A stretch of 64,000 nucleotides of DNA from an uncultured Gemmatimonadaceae bacterium (GCA_963790305.1 CAWBOC010000010.1:256001-320000); one strand, 5' to 3'. Shown: positions 1 through 10,999, counted from the first letter of the stretch. Numbers and translations are program-made. Notes: generated by a model not told the origin, from the letters alone.

Positions 1-757
1 TCGCCGATCCGCCGGCGTGCACCGCGAATGCGGCGCCTTGCGGATCGCCGAGGATGGCGATCATTCCGCCCGGCACCTCCATCGGTGGCTGCTTGACGTA
101 GGCGCCCGCCTTCGTCGCGGTGTCCACCGCTTTCTTCACGTCCTTCACGTTGACGTAGGCCAACCAGAATGGCGACATACCCGCCATCTCCGGCGGCCGC
201 GTGAAGATCCCGCCGTACATCGTTCCCTTCATGCCGTACATGAGGTACGGATTCCCGCCGCCCATGTCCATCTCGCCCGTCTTCTCCCACCCAAAGAGCT
301 GGCGGTAGAAGTCGAACGCCCGCTTGTAGTCGGTGGTCATGAGCTCATGCCACGAGAAGCGGCCTAACGTGGGCGTGCCGTCCCACGCTCGTGAGGCGCT
401 GTTGGACTTGTACAGACCGAACGTCGCCCCCTGCGGGTCACGGACGACCGCGAAGCGTCCGGTGCCCGGGATGTCGGCCGGAGGAACCACGACCGTGCCG
501 CCGAGGGACGTCACCTTCCGGGCGGTGTCATCGACGTTGCCCGCTTCGATGTACGGCATCCAGTTCGGCGGAATGCCTTGCTGGCGCTGCTCGGGACCGA
601 GCTTGAAGATGCCGGCGAACGGAACGCCGCCCGTCGTCCACATCGTGTAGTCCTTGTCGAACTGCTGCGTCCCCCACCCGGTGATGGGGGGATAAAACTT
701 GCGCGCCGCGTCGACGTCTGGCGTCGTGAGCTCGTACCACACGAATTGGCCGTGCAT
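1..757 (-). CDS. VOC/glyoxalase family protein (two-domain), 3' end runs off the window
   Basis: Not in ORF track. Manual translation from ATG at 757 gives MHGQFVWYELTTPDVDAARKFY..., a second FSWHELMTTD repeat and DPQGAAF-type motifs. Confidence 0.85.
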   Translation of the reverse strand, partial: MHGQFVWYELTTPDVDAARKFYPPITGWGTQQFDKDYTMWTTGGVPFAGIFKLGPEQRQQGIPPNWMPYIEAGNVDDTARKVTSLGGTVVVPPADIPGTGRFAVVRDPQGATFGLYKSNSASRAWDGTPTLGRFSWHELMTTDYKRAFDFYRQLFGWEKTGEMDMGGGNPYLMYGMKGTMYGGIFTRPPEMAGMSPFWLAYVNVKDVKKAVDTATKAGAYVKQPPMEVPGGMIAILGDPQGAAFAVHAGGSA

Positions 758-801
758 GGGAGTGGAGAGTGGGAGTGGAGAGTGGGGAGTGGGGAGTGGG
801 G
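758..801. repeat. Tandem heptamer array (GGGAGTG/GAGAGTG)
   Basis: About 6 units directly visible. Confidence 0.85.
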
Positions 802-809
802 AGGACCCG

Positions 810-948
810 AGGCGCTGGAAGAGACCAACAGCGCTGGAAAAGCGCTAGGGGCGCTGAAGAAACGTGCGCTGGGAAAGCGCTGGAGAAGCGCTGGACCAGC
901 GCTAAACCCCCAGCGCTATTCCAGCGCCTTCAGCGCCTGTCCAGCGCC
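810..948. repeat. Inverted array of AGCGCT(G/A)-core repeats, overlapping the kinase 3' end
   Basis: GCGCTGG units followed by CCAGCGC units. Confidence 0.75.
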
Positions 949-2503
949 CTTGTTTCTTTTCGTCCCACCACCGCTTCGCGTCCACCTGCGTCCACGGCTC
1001 GATCGCGATCGCGCTCAGCGCGCGCGACACCTCCCCCGCGGTGGCCGGTCGGTCTTCGCGCTTCTTCGCCAGACAGGACAACACCACGCGTTCGAGCGCC
1101 GGCGGAATGATCACGTTTGCCCGCTGAGAGGGCGGGATCGGTTCGCTCTGCAGGTGTTTCACGATCACCTGGAGGCTCGTCTCGCCCTCGAATACCAGGC
1201 AACCGGTGAGCAGGTAGTAGGCGACGCAGCCGAGTGCGTAGATGTCGGCGCGTCCGTCGACGGCCTCGGCCATCGCGAGCTCCGGGGCCATGTACGCGGG
1301 TGTGCCCGGCGTGAGGCCCGCGGCGGTCGCCAACGAGTGCTCGTCGACTTTGCCTGTGACCGGCTTCACGAGGCCGAAGTCGAGCACCTTCACGAAGTCG
1401 TACCGCAGGCCGAGCCGCCCAATGTGGATGTTGGCTGGCTTGATGTCGCGATGAACCATCCCGGCCACGTGCGCTTCCTCGAGCGATTCGCACACCTGGC
1501 AAAGGATGTGGACCACTCGCCGCGCTGGCACTGGCCCATGGTCGCGGACGAGTGTCTCGAGGTCAGTCCCCTCGAGCAGCTCCATCACGAAGTACATCGT
1601 CTGGTCCTCCGTCACTCCGAAGTCGTACAGCTCGACCGTGTGCGGAGAGCGCAGGCTCGCCGCGGTTTCGGCCTCACGCCGGAACCGCTTCACCGCCACC
1701 TCGGCTCCTTCGCTATCCGCGCCACCGAGGGAATCCGGACGGATGAGCTTGATGGCGGCGGGGCGAGCGAGCATGCGGTGGGTGGCCTTGTAGACCTCGC
1801 CCATCCCACCGCGGCCGAGCAGCTCGCCAAGGTGGTAGCTGCCCATCTCGCGCGCCTTGCTCACGTGCTGACCGAGGCGGGTGACGACATGCGCGATGAC
1901 CACCGCAACGCCGACGAGCAGGTAGTCGGGGTGGTGCATGAGAAGCGCGTCCAGAGGCGAGTCGAAGTCCCAAACGCCCCGCGCCCGCGCGATCACCATC
2001 CCGAGCGGCTGCATCGACGCGACGATGAGCCCGAGGACGAGCATCTTCCTCGGCGGAGTGGGCACGATCGCGGCGAACATTAGAACGACCGCGCCCGCCC
2101 AGCTGATCATTGGCTCGAGTGGCTCGCCTGTGGGAGGGAACCAATGGGTGACCAAGCCCAGATCGAGGGAAGTGACTAGGAACCACCACATGCCGAGGTT
2201 GAGGACGCGCTCGGGGTCCCGGTCCGGACGCCGCGTGTAGAGGAACAACGCCAAGGATATGATGGCGGCTGTCGCGGCAATGACATCGTTACCGCTGAGC
2301 CGCGTCCAGACCTTGGCCTCTGGATGCAGGGCGCCCCAGGCAAGTCTTCCAAAGACAGTACCGGTGACCCACAGAACGGCAGCGATGAGCGCCATGATGC
2401 CGAGGCGCCGCGACGCATCGCGCAGCAGATCCTCAGGGAGCCGGCGCTGAGAATCCTGCGAGACGGAGGGCGGGGGAAGCTTGAGATCGCGCGCCGGAGT
2501 CAC
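902..2503 (-). CDS. Membrane-anchored Ser/Thr protein kinase
   Basis: N-terminal TM helices; GRGGMGEVY, HRDIKPAN, DFG, GTPAYMAPE. Confidence 0.93.
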   Translation of the reverse strand: MTPARDLKLPPPSVSQDSQRRLPEDLLRDASRRLGIMALIAAVLWVTGTVFGRLAWGALHPEAKVWTRLSGNDVIAATAAIISLALFLYTRRPDRDPERVLNLGMWWFLVTSLDLGLVTHWFPPTGEPLEPMISWAGAVVLMFAAIVPTPPRKMLVLGLIVASMQPLGMVIARARGVWDFDSPLDALLMHHPDYLLVGVAVVIAHVVTRLGQHVSKAREMGSYHLGELLGRGGMGEVYKATHRMLARPAAIKLIRPDSLGGADSEGAEVAVKRFRREAETAASLRSPHTVELYDFGVTEDQTMYFVMELLEGTDLETLVRDHGPVPARRVVHILCQVCESLEEAHVAGMVHRDIKPANIHIGRLGLRYDFVKVLDFGLVKPVTGKVDEHSLATAAGLTPGTPAYMAPELAMAEAVDGRADIYALGCVAYYLLTGCLVFEGETSLQVIVKHLQSEPIPPSQRANVIIPPALERVVLSCLAKKREDRPATAGEVSRALSAIAIEPWTQVDAKRWWDEKKQGRWTGAEGAGIALGV

Positions 2504-2594
2504 ACCCGGAAGATGCGTCGGTCACCGGCCCGGCCGCCATTCCCGGCTCGAGCGACTGGCAGCGATCCGGGCCGAGGGCGACATTCAAGCTCCT

Positions 2595-4549
2595 GTGAAG
2601 ATTGAACGCCCGCGCTCATCGCGCCAACGCTACCGCGGCTTCGTCGAGGACTACAAGCAGGGCCGGCTCGACGAGGCCATTGAAGCGGGCCAGGAGGGGA
2701 AGCCTCCGGAGGCCGCTGCAAAACCCGCCGAAGAGGCGTCGCTTCCCTGGTGGCGCCAGCTTCGCCGCGGCAAGCGACGCGAGTACCTCGGCGAATACCT
2801 CCGCTGGCTGAAACCCCACCGCGGCGCGGTGGCGGTCGTCTTCGTTCTCGCCCTCGTCCGCGCGGGCCTCGAGAATGATCGAGCCGCTCTTCATGCGCTA
2901 CATCATCGACCGGGTGCTGCTCAACTCGGCGCTCGACGTCGTGTCGCGCTTGAGCCGGCTCAACCTCGCCGGTGCGGCGTTCCTGACGGTCATCATCGTC
3001 TCGACGCTCGTCAACGTCCTCAAGGACTACCGGCAGCGTCTCCTGAACGTGAAGGTGATGCTCTCGCTGCGGCAGGCCCTGTTCGACCGTCTGCTGCACC
3101 TGCCGCTGCCGAAGCTGTGGGACATGAAGACGGGCGGGATTCTCTCGCGCCTAACAGGCGATATCGACACGACGACGGGGCTGCTCCAGAATGGCCGTCA
3201 TCTCGCCGAGCATCTCACTCGTCAGGTTGATGATCGCGATGGGGATCCTGCTGTCCCTCAACTGGCGGCTTGCGCTCACGGCACTGGCGATCATCCCCGG
3301 GGTAATGCTGATGAGTTTCATCTTCGCTCGGCGCGTGCGGCCCATTTATCGCTCTGTTCGCAAGGATGTCGAGGTCATCGACGGGCACGTCGGGGAGACG
3401 TTCTCGGGCATTCGCGTCGTTCGCGCCTTTCGTGGCGAGGTGCGGGAGCTGCTCGACTACATTCGGGGGCGGCACACGGTGCTCCGAAAGGAGCTGTTCG
3501 CGCATCGCCGCGAGCTGGTGCTCTGGTCGTCGTGGGGTCTGCTCATGAGCGCGGTGAACGTGGTGATCGTCTGGTACGGCGGGTACCTCGCGATCGGGGG
3601 GCGCGCATCGATCGGCGACATCATGGCCTTCCAGTGGTACACGTTCCTGCTGCTCGGCCCGGTGTGGAACATCGTCAACTCGTTCTCCGAGCTTCAGCGC
3701 TCGCTGGCGGCAATGGAGCGGGTGTTCGAGGTGCTCGGCATGGAGGGCGACAAGCCCGATCGTCCCGATGCGCGGCCGGCGCCGCGGGTGGTGCACGAGA
3801 TACGCTTCGAGAAGGTGGAATTCGAGTACCGTACCGGTCAGCCCGTCGTTCGCGACTTCAACGTGACCGTGCCCGGTGGCTCGGTGGTGGCGCTCGTGGG
3901 CAGAAGCGGAGCAGGGAAAACCACGGTGACAGATCTGGTGGCGCGGTTCCATGATCCGACGCAGGGACGGATTCTCGTCAATGGGTCCGACATCCGCGAA
4001 TACCGGCTGCGGACGTACCGCGATCTGCTTGCGCTCGTGCAGCAGGACGTCTTTCTGTTCGACGGCTCGGTGCGCGACAACATCGCCTATGCCCGGCACA
4101 ACGCCACGGATGCAGACGTCGAGGACGCAGCTCGCCGCGCCAACGCGCACGAGTTCATCGTCAAGCTGCCGGACCTGTATGGGACGTTCATCGGGGAACG
4201 CGGCGTCAAGCTATCCGGGGGACAGCAGCAGCGGCTCGCGATCGCACGCGCGATTCTCGCAAATCCGCAGATCCTCATCCTCGACGAGGCCACGAGCAAC
4301 CTCGACACGGAGAGTGAGCAGCTCATTCAGGCCTCAATGGCGTCGCTGCTCGCGGGGCGCACGACGTTCGTGATCGCCCATCGACTATCGACCGTACGGC
4401 GCGCCGATCTCATCCTCTTGATGGAGGATGGGCGTGTGATCGAGCGTGGAACGCACGACGAGCTCATGCGTGCCCGCGGCGAGTACTCCCGCATGGTCCT
4501 TCGGCAGGCCGAATACTCGGCTGAGAACGCCGGCGAGCTGCTGCACTGA
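2595..4549 (+). pseudogene. ABC exporter (fused permease + ATPase) with two +1 frameshifts (real pseudogene or sequencing error)
   Basis: Three ORF pieces join if one A is removed at about 2874 and about 3190; GRSGAGKT, LSGGQQQ, ILILDEATSNLD. Confidence 0.85.
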
Positions 4550-4560
4550 GTCAATCGACG

Positions 4561-6642
4561 TTGACGCCTCCCATCGAGGGCACGGAGCCGTCCGCAACCG
4601 CCGCCCGCAGCACGCGCGTCGTGTACGCCGCGGAACTGTTGGCGCTGGCCGCGCTGTACGTCGTCGTCGCGCGCATCGGTCTGGCGATCGAAGCGGTGGC
4701 CGGGTTCGCCACGCTGGTGTGGCCGCCCAGCGGCATTGCACTCGCCGCCCTGCTGCTCCGGGGACACCGGCTGTGGCCCGGAGTTCTCGTCGGCGCGTTC
4801 GTCGCCAACACGCTGACCGGTGCGCCATTGCTCGTGGCGCTGGGTATCGCGACCGGCAATACACTGGAAGCTGTGCTGGGAGCGTATGCGCTTCGGCGCA
4901 TTCCAGGATTTCGTACCTCGCTCGATCGCGTACGCGACGTGCTCGCGCTGATCGTCTTCGCGGCCGCGCTGAGCACAGTGGTGAGTGCCACGATTGGCGT
5001 TGCAAGCCTTTATCTCGGCGGAATCGTGTCGCCCGCCGATCTGGGGCGCGCGTGGCGGGCGTGGTGGGTTGGCGACCTGATCGGCGACCTGCTCGTGGCA
5101 CCGGCGATTCTCGTCTGGGCAGGCGTCTCCGGGCGCCCGTCGTCGCGTCGATGGACCGAAGCCGCCGCGCTGGTCATAACGGTCATCGGCACCGGGTTCC
5201 TGGTTTTCGGAACCGGACCTAACGCGTTCGACCAGGCATATCTGATCTTCCCCGCGCTCGTCTGGGCGGCGTTGCGCTTTGGCCAGCGCGGAGCGGCCTC
5301 GGCGGCCATCGCGGTATCCGTGATTGCGGTGTGGGGCACCGCGACGGGCCACGGGCCGTTCGTTCAGCCGCTGTTGTACGAGAGCCTGTTCGGGCTGCAA
5401 ACCTTCATGGGTGTTACCGCGGCCACCTTTCTCGTGCTCGGCGCTTCGATCGCGGAACGCCGGAGCGCCATCCGGGAGGCGAGCGCGGCGATCGCCGAAC
5501 AGCATCGTCTCCACGCTGAGCGCGATGTCGCCCACCAGCGCCTGATCACGGTGCTACAGCAGTCCCCCGTCCCCATTGGGATCGCCGAGGCACCGACCGG
5601 CCGCTTCATCTTCCTGAACGAGGAAGCGGAGCGCGTCATCGGCTATCGTCCGGAGGTGATTCAAGCTGCCAACCCGCTTGGGCCTGGCTTGAAGGGTGTG
5701 CATCCGGATGGGCGCGAGCTCGCGCCTCACGAGTGGCCGCTCGCGCGCGCGCTGCATCACGGGGAAACGATCCGCAACGTCATCATCCGCCTCCTCAAGG
5801 ATGACGGGACCGCCGTCGACGTCGCGTGCAACGCAGCCCCCGTCCGGGATGGAAGCGGCCGGATCATCGCCGGGGTCCTGATCTTCTGGGACGTCACCGC
5901 CGAGCGTCGTGCCGAGGAGGAGCGGCGACGGGCCCACGAGGCGGTAGCGGCGGCAAACCGGGCCAAGGCGGAATTCTTTGGGGTGATGAGCCACGAGCTT
6001 CGTACACCGCTCAACGCGATCGGCGGATACGTCGAGGTAATGGCGCTCGGCATCCAGGGTCCTCTGACCGACCAGCAACGCGACTCGCTCGAGCGCATTC
6101 AGCGCAACCAGCACCATCTGCTCTCGGTCATCGAGGATGTGCTGACCTTCGCGAAGCTCGAGGCTGATCGTCTTCCGCTCCAGCTGACGACGGTAAGTGT
6201 CGGTGCGGCGCTCGACGAGCTCGATGCCCTTCTGGGTCCGGCAATGCATCGAAAGGACCTCACCCTGACCTGTGCGCCATGCGACTCGGCGGTATCGGTG
6301 CTCGCCGACCCGGAGCGGCTACGTCAGATTCTATTGAACGTCGTCGGCAACGCGATCAAGTTCACTCCGCCGGGGGGCCGTGTCATCGTGAACGCGGTGC
6401 GCGAGCGAGACTTGGTGCGCATCTCGGTGACCGACACGGGCATCGGCATTCCGGAGGATCAGCTCCCGCGCATCTTCGAGCCCTTCTTCCAGGTGGAGCA
6501 AGGGCCCACGCGACGGTATCCCGGAGTTGGACTGGGCCTGTCGATCGCCCACGATCTCGCCCGCGCCATGCGAGGAGACCTGCAGGTCACGAGCCGGGTG
6601 GACGAGGGAACCGCCGTCTCCATTACCCTGCCAGCCGCCTGA
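4561..6642 (+). CDS. MASE1-PAS sensor histidine kinase
   Basis: WPPSG/WWVGD MASE1-type membrane domain, PAS/PAC, SHELRTPLNAI H-box, NAIKFT, DTGIGI, GLGL. Confidence 0.92.
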   Translation: MTPPIEGTEPSATAARSTRVVYAAELLALAALYVVVARIGLAIEAVAGFATLVWPPSGIALAALLLRGHRLWPGVLVGAFVANTLTGAPLLVALGIATGNTLEAVLGAYALRRIPGFRTSLDRVRDVLALIVFAAALSTVVSATIGVASLYLGGIVSPADLGRAWRAWWVGDLIGDLLVAPAILVWAGVSGRPSSRRWTEAAALVITVIGTGFLVFGTGPNAFDQAYLIFPALVWAALRFGQRGAASAAIAVSVIAVWGTATGHGPFVQPLLYESLFGLQTFMGVTAATFLVLGASIAERRSAIREASAAIAEQHRLHAERDVAHQRLITVLQQSPVPIGIAEAPTGRFIFLNEEAERVIGYRPEVIQAANPLGPGLKGVHPDGRELAPHEWPLARALHHGETIRNVIIRLLKDDGTAVDVACNAAPVRDGSGRIIAGVLIFWDVTAERRAEEERRRAHEAVAAANRAKAEFFGVMSHELRTPLNAIGGYVEVMALGIQGPLTDQQRDSLERIQRNQHHLLSVIEDVLTFAKLEADRLPLQLTTVSVGAALDELDALLGPAMHRKDLTLTCAPCDSAVSVLADPERLRQILLNVVGNAIKFTPPGGRVIVNAVRERDLVRISVTDTGIGIPEDQLPRIFEPFFQVEQGPTRRYPGVGLGLSIAHDLARAMRGDLQVTSRVDEGTAVSITLPAA

Positions 6643-6662
6643 CGACCCTTCGAGGCAACTTC

Positions 6663-7655
6663 GTGAACGCTCGACTTTCACTCCTGCTTCTCAGCGTAGT
6701 ATCCCTTTCGGCGTGCGCCGGTGCCGGTGGCGGGATCGTCGCGGACGAAACGCTGCCCAGCGCGCTTCGCGCGGGATCGCACGAGGTCACGCTCAACGGT
6801 GCTCGCCAGTTCTACCGCGTCGGTGGGGCGGCCCGTCATGGAGCGCCCCCAGTCGTCTTTCTGCATGGCGGTCCGGGGCAGGGCAGTCAGCACTTCGACG
6901 CACTCGCCGGACCCTATCTGGAGCCGCAGCTCCGCATGGTGTACTACGATCAGCGGGGCAGCGGCAAGTCCGAGCGGCCCGCGAGCGGCGACTACGCCAT
7001 TGCGACACTGGTGGAAGACGTCGAGGCCCTGCGGCGCACGTTAGGCGTTCCCAAGGTTGCGCTGGTCGGGCATTCGTTCGGCGGGCTGCTCGCGCTGGAG
7101 TATGCCGCACGGTATCCGGAGAACGTCTCGCACCTCGTGTTCGTGAGCGGGCTGTGGGATACCGACCTGCAGTGTCGCCTCCGCGCCCAGCGGCTCGCGC
7201 AGGCGCGGCCGCAGGCGTACGCACGGGTTGCCGGCGATACGATCCAGTCGGACGGAACGCGACGCAGCCCGTGCGATGTGGAGTTCCAGGCGCTGCGAGG
7301 CGCGGAGCGCGAGGCGTACAACACCGAGATGATGTTTCCCAACCCGGCCGTCAGCGCGCGCATCGACAGCGTCAATGCGGCGCACGGTGTCCGCAACACG
7401 GGAGAGATGGGGCGTGCACTTTTCTCGAGCGGGCTGTTGACCTACCGATTCACCGCCTTCGACCGCCTGACGATGCCTGTTCTGGTGGTCGCGGGTCGGC
7501 ATGACGGCGCCGCGCAGCCCGCGGGATTGCGGGAGCTCGCGCGCCGGTTGCCGAATGCACGGTTCGTCGAGTACGAGCGAAGCGGCCACTTCGTGTATCT
7601 GGACGAGCCGGAGCGGTTCGCTCGCGACCTCGCGGATTTCGTTGTACCGCGGTGA
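6663..7655 (+). CDS. Alpha/beta hydrolase (proline iminopeptidase-like), probable lipoprotein
   Basis: LHGGPG, DQRGSG, GHSFGG nucleophile elbow, SGH; LSAC lipobox after GTG at 6663. Confidence 0.88.
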   Translation: MNARLSLLLLSVVSLSACAGAGGGIVADETLPSALRAGSHEVTLNGARQFYRVGGAARHGAPPVVFLHGGPGQGSQHFDALAGPYLEPQLRMVYYDQRGSGKSERPASGDYAIATLVEDVEALRRTLGVPKVALVGHSFGGLLALEYAARYPENVSHLVFVSGLWDTDLQCRLRAQRLAQARPQAYARVAGDTIQSDGTRRSPCDVEFQALRGAEREAYNTEMMFPNPAVSARIDSVNAAHGVRNTGEMGRALFSSGLLTYRFTAFDRLTMPVLVVAGRHDGAAQPAGLRELARRLPNARFVEYERSGHFVYLDEPERFARDLADFVVPR

Positions 7656-8164
7656 GCGCCCGAGATGTACCGGCGATGGCTGCCCTCCGCATCTGCCTGA
7701 CGAAGCGCCCCGACGGCGGCGCCATTCTCCGGTGCGTTCGCGAGGACGGCTCCGTGACCTGGCAGCACCAGCAGGGTCGAAGCGCCGGGTTCTTTCCGTT
7801 GCACGACCTGACGCACTTCGCGATCGAGCGTGAGCTCGGGCTACGCCAAGCCTTCTATGGCTTGATCGCAGCCGGCTGGGCCATCGAGGAGACGACGGGG
7901 AAAAGCCCGCGCGGGCCGCTCCCTCCTGAGGCGTATGCGGTCGAGCGGATGGTTGGCCTCTTCGATCTCGAGCGAGCAGGCAGCGCGTTCTGGTCGGCGG
8001 CCGAGATCAACGCGCACTGCTATGAGCCCGCCGTCCCGGTGGGACAACGGCTGCCGCGCCCGATCACCGACGACGACCTCGCCCGAATTCGATCACGGGT
8101 GAGCGACCTACTGGCGCAATGGGCCGCCCTCCCGACCGGACATACTTTGGAAGTCTGGTTTTAG
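7652..8164 (+). CDS. Hypothetical protein with HDxxHxxxE motif
   Basis: GTGA overlap with the upstream stop; protein-like composition. Confidence 0.7.
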   Translation: MSARDVPAMAALRICLTKRPDGGAILRCVREDGSVTWQHQQGRSAGFFPLHDLTHFAIERELGLRQAFYGLIAAGWAIEETTGKSPRGPLPPEAYAVERMVGLFDLERAGSAFWSAAEINAHCYEPAVPVGQRLPRPITDDDLARIRSRVSDLLAQWAALPTGHTLEVWF

Positions 8165-8246
8165 AGCTGTATGCCGCGATAATGAAGCTGTTGCTGCGGG
8201 CGCGCGCCGCTGCTAGCGTCTCTATGTCTCATACAGGCTCGACCAT

Positions 8247-10178
8247 ATGATTCTCCGACTCCTGCTTTTGGCCTCCGCTCTGATGCTTACCGTGCCGCCC
8301 GCCGAAGCGCAGCAGCAGCCTACGCCTCAGCCATCATCACCCCGGCCGCGCCGAACCGCGAAGCCACCGCTTCACGGGCGCCATTGGATGGCCATCACCG
8401 GCAAGCCGCTGGCGGCGACCGCGGGCGCGATGATGTTCCAGAACGGCGGCAACGCGGTGGATGCCGCGTGCGCGATGCTCGCCTCGGTCACGACGATGTG
8501 GGATGTGCTCTCCTGGGGCGGGGAAACGCAGGCGCTGATCTATCACCCCACCCTGAGGAAGGTGATCGGAATCAACGCGCTTGGAGTGGCGCCCACGGGT
8601 GCGACGCCGGCGTACTACAAATCGAAAGGACATCGGTATCCGCCCGAGTTTGGACCGCTCGCCGCGATCACGCCGGGAACGCCGGGAGGTCTGCTCGTTA
8701 TGCTCGCCGAGTACGGGACGATGTCGCTCGAAGAGGTGTTGGCGCCGGCGATTCAAATGGCCGACGGCTACCCGATCGAGGCGGAGACGGCGAATTCGAT
8801 CGAGCGCAACAAGGCGCGCATCAAGGAGTGGAAGTACTCTCGCGCCGTCATGCTTCCACATCTGGGGCAGGCGCGTGAGGCGCCGGAACCTGGAGAGATC
8901 TTCGTGCAGCGCGATCTCGCCGCCACGCTGCGAAAGCTGGTCGACGCCGAGAAACAGGCGCTCGCCCAGGGGAAGAGTCGGAAGGACGCCATCATGGCGG
9001 CGTACGATCGCTTCTACAGAGGAGATATCGCGCAGGAGTTCGTGCGCGGCGTGCAGGAGGAGGGCGGGCTCATCACGATGCAGGATTTGGCGAACTGGAA
9101 GGTTCGCATCGAGGAGCCGGTCAAGACGACCTACAAGGGGATCGACGTCTACAAGCTCCCGTTCTGGCAGCAGGGTCCGGCGCTCCTCCAGGCGCTCAAC
9201 ATCCTGGAGAATGCGGACCTGAAGTCCCTGGGCTACAACTCGCCGCGCTACATCCACGCGATCTATCAGGCGATGAGCCTCGCCTTCGCCGATCGAGATT
9301 TCTACTACGGCGATCCGTATTTCCCGCCGGAGGAGCCGACGCGCGGCCTGCTGTCGAAGGAATACGCGAAGGCTCGTTATGCGCAGATCAACTGGGAGCG
9401 AAACGACCCGACGGTGAAGCCGGGCGATCCCTACCCGTATCAAGGTGGCACCAACCCGTTCCGGCAGCTGCTCGCGCAGTGGAAGGTGGAGGCTCCGGAG
9501 GACAGCACGCGTCGGAGCGGGCAGCAGGATCAGGTCGCTCCGTCCCCGCAGCCTGACGACGATGGAGAAGACGAGCGGTTCGAGTCCGCGTTCTACCGGG
9601 GTACGACGTCGATCGAGACGGCGGATACGACCGGGTGGGTCGTGTCGATCACGCCGAGTGGTGGCTGGGTACCCGCGGTGATCGCCGGTCGCACGGGTGT
9701 CGGGCTGAGTCAGCGCGCGCAAAGCTTCGTCACCGACGCCGCTGACGGTCCCTTCAACGTGATGGAGCCGGGCAAGCGCCCGCGCGTCACGTTGACGCCG
9801 ACGCTCGCCCTGCGCGACGGGACGCCGTTCCTCGCGTTCGCGGTCCAGGGAGGAGACTCACAGGATCAGAATCTTCTCCAGTTCTTCCTGAACGTGGTCG
9901 AGTTTGGCATGACAGTGCAGCAGGCGGTCGAAGCGCCTAACGTCAACAGCTCGCAGATGCGGTCGAGCTTCGGCGCGCACGAGACACGCCCCGGGCATCT
10001 GCTGGTGGCGTCCTCGACTCCGGACAGCGTTCGTGCCGCCCTCAAGCGGATGGGCTACACGCTGGAGTTTTCCGAGCGCACCTCAGGGCCGATCAACGCG
10101 ATCTACTTCGACCGAAAGCATCGCACGATGTGGGGCGGGTCGAGTAATCACGGGGAGGACTACGGAATAGCCTGGTAG
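8247..10178 (+). CDS. ggt: Gamma-glutamyltransferase family protein
   Basis: Signal peptide, GGNAVDAA, FYRGDIA, AFADRD, GTTS nucleophile, PGKRP, GGDSQ. Confidence 0.92.
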   Translation: MILRLLLLASALMLTVPPAEAQQQPTPQPSSPRPRRTAKPPLHGRHWMAITGKPLAATAGAMMFQNGGNAVDAACAMLASVTTMWDVLSWGGETQALIYHPTLRKVIGINALGVAPTGATPAYYKSKGHRYPPEFGPLAAITPGTPGGLLVMLAEYGTMSLEEVLAPAIQMADGYPIEAETANSIERNKARIKEWKYSRAVMLPHLGQAREAPEPGEIFVQRDLAATLRKLVDAEKQALAQGKSRKDAIMAAYDRFYRGDIAQEFVRGVQEEGGLITMQDLANWKVRIEEPVKTTYKGIDVYKLPFWQQGPALLQALNILENADLKSLGYNSPRYIHAIYQAMSLAFADRDFYYGDPYFPPEEPTRGLLSKEYAKARYAQINWERNDPTVKPGDPYPYQGGTNPFRQLLAQWKVEAPEDSTRRSGQQDQVAPSPQPDDDGEDERFESAFYRGTTSIETADTTGWVVSITPSGGWVPAVIAGRTGVGLSQRAQSFVTDAADGPFNVMEPGKRPRVTLTPTLALRDGTPFLAFAVQGGDSQDQNLLQFFLNVVEFGMTVQQAVEAPNVNSSQMRSSFGAHETRPGHLLVASSTPDSVRAALKRMGYTLEFSERTSGPINAIYFDRKHRTMWGGSSNHGEDYGIAW

Positions 10179-10999
10179 TCCGAGGTCGGCGAGGATGTCG
10201 ATGTGGTCGAGGTGATCGAGGTGACTTCACGTCGATCACCTCGACGACCTGGACGACCTCGATCACCTGTCGCCCCAACCAACCGCCACGGAAAGAAGTA
10301 CACCGCATACACGACCGCATAGACGAAAAACCCGTCCACGCGCGCGAAGTGTGCAAACGCGAAGAAGAAGATCAGCCCGTGCATGCGGAGGACGTTTCGG
10401 TAGGGGGCCATCATCATGGCTCCCTTCCTTGCGTTGGACGCTTTGCGCGCCGCGATAGCCGCAGGGGTCACCGACAAGTCGTCTTTGGACCACAGCGGTG
10501 ACTGTCTCGCGAAGCCCGCTCGCTCGGCAAGAAATGCGGCGGGGAGGAAGTGCCAGTATCGCTGCGCGACATCAACGTAAGTCGCCATCCCCGCCGACCC
10601 CACTCGGCCAGCATCGCCGCCATCGAGCGGGAAGAAGGTGTAGAGGAACTGCGAGTGGACGTAGTGAAAGCCGCCGAAGTGGACGGTGAAGAACGCGAGC
10701 ATGAAGAGGCCGCCGACGATGAGCACCGATGCGCCGACCGCGGTGGCGACCTTATGGTCGGCGAGGACCTGGCGCGTGAACGCGCTGTCTCGTGAAGCGC
10801 CGCGCGCGATGTCGATTGCGGGCCGTACGATCGTCCACACGATCATCGCGTAGCCGACGACAAAGCTCGAGAGCCAAAGACTCCAGACGAGATCGGTCGT
10901 CGTCCACCCGGCGATCCACGCGACGCCGAGTCCCAGAACGAATGCGAGGGCATCCGGCCAGGCGGAGAGCCAGCTTGGGCGTGTGTCCTCTGTTGTCAT
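10160..10999 (-). CDS. Membrane protein (DUF6498-like); C-terminus reads through a repeat
   Basis: Hydrophobic ORF with FFTVHFGGFHYVH and PYRNVLRMH motifs; start taken at ATG 10999. Confidence 0.75.
   Translation of the reverse strand: MTTEDTRPSWLSAWPDALAFVLGLGVAWIAGWTTTDLVWSLWLSSFVVGYAMIVWTIVRPAIDIARGASRDSAFTRQVLADHKVATAVGASVLIVGGLFMLAFFTVHFGGFHYVHSQFLYTFFPLDGGDAGRVGSAGMATYVDVAQRYWHFLPAAFLAERAGFARQSPLWSKDDLSVTPAAIAARKASNARKGAMMMAPYRNVLRMHGLIFFFAFAHFARVDGFFVYAVVYAVYFFPWRLVGATGDRGRPGRRGDRREVTSITSTTSTSSPTSDYQAIP
10181..10268. repeat. Inverted nonamer array (GTCGAGGTN family)
   Basis: CGAGGT units then ACCTCG units. Confidence 0.85.

Noticed and set aside
578..2083. Long antisense ORFs (also 30230-32086, 39133-40794, 54151-55533 and others)
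   Set aside because: Shadow frames of well-supported genes, expected at high GC
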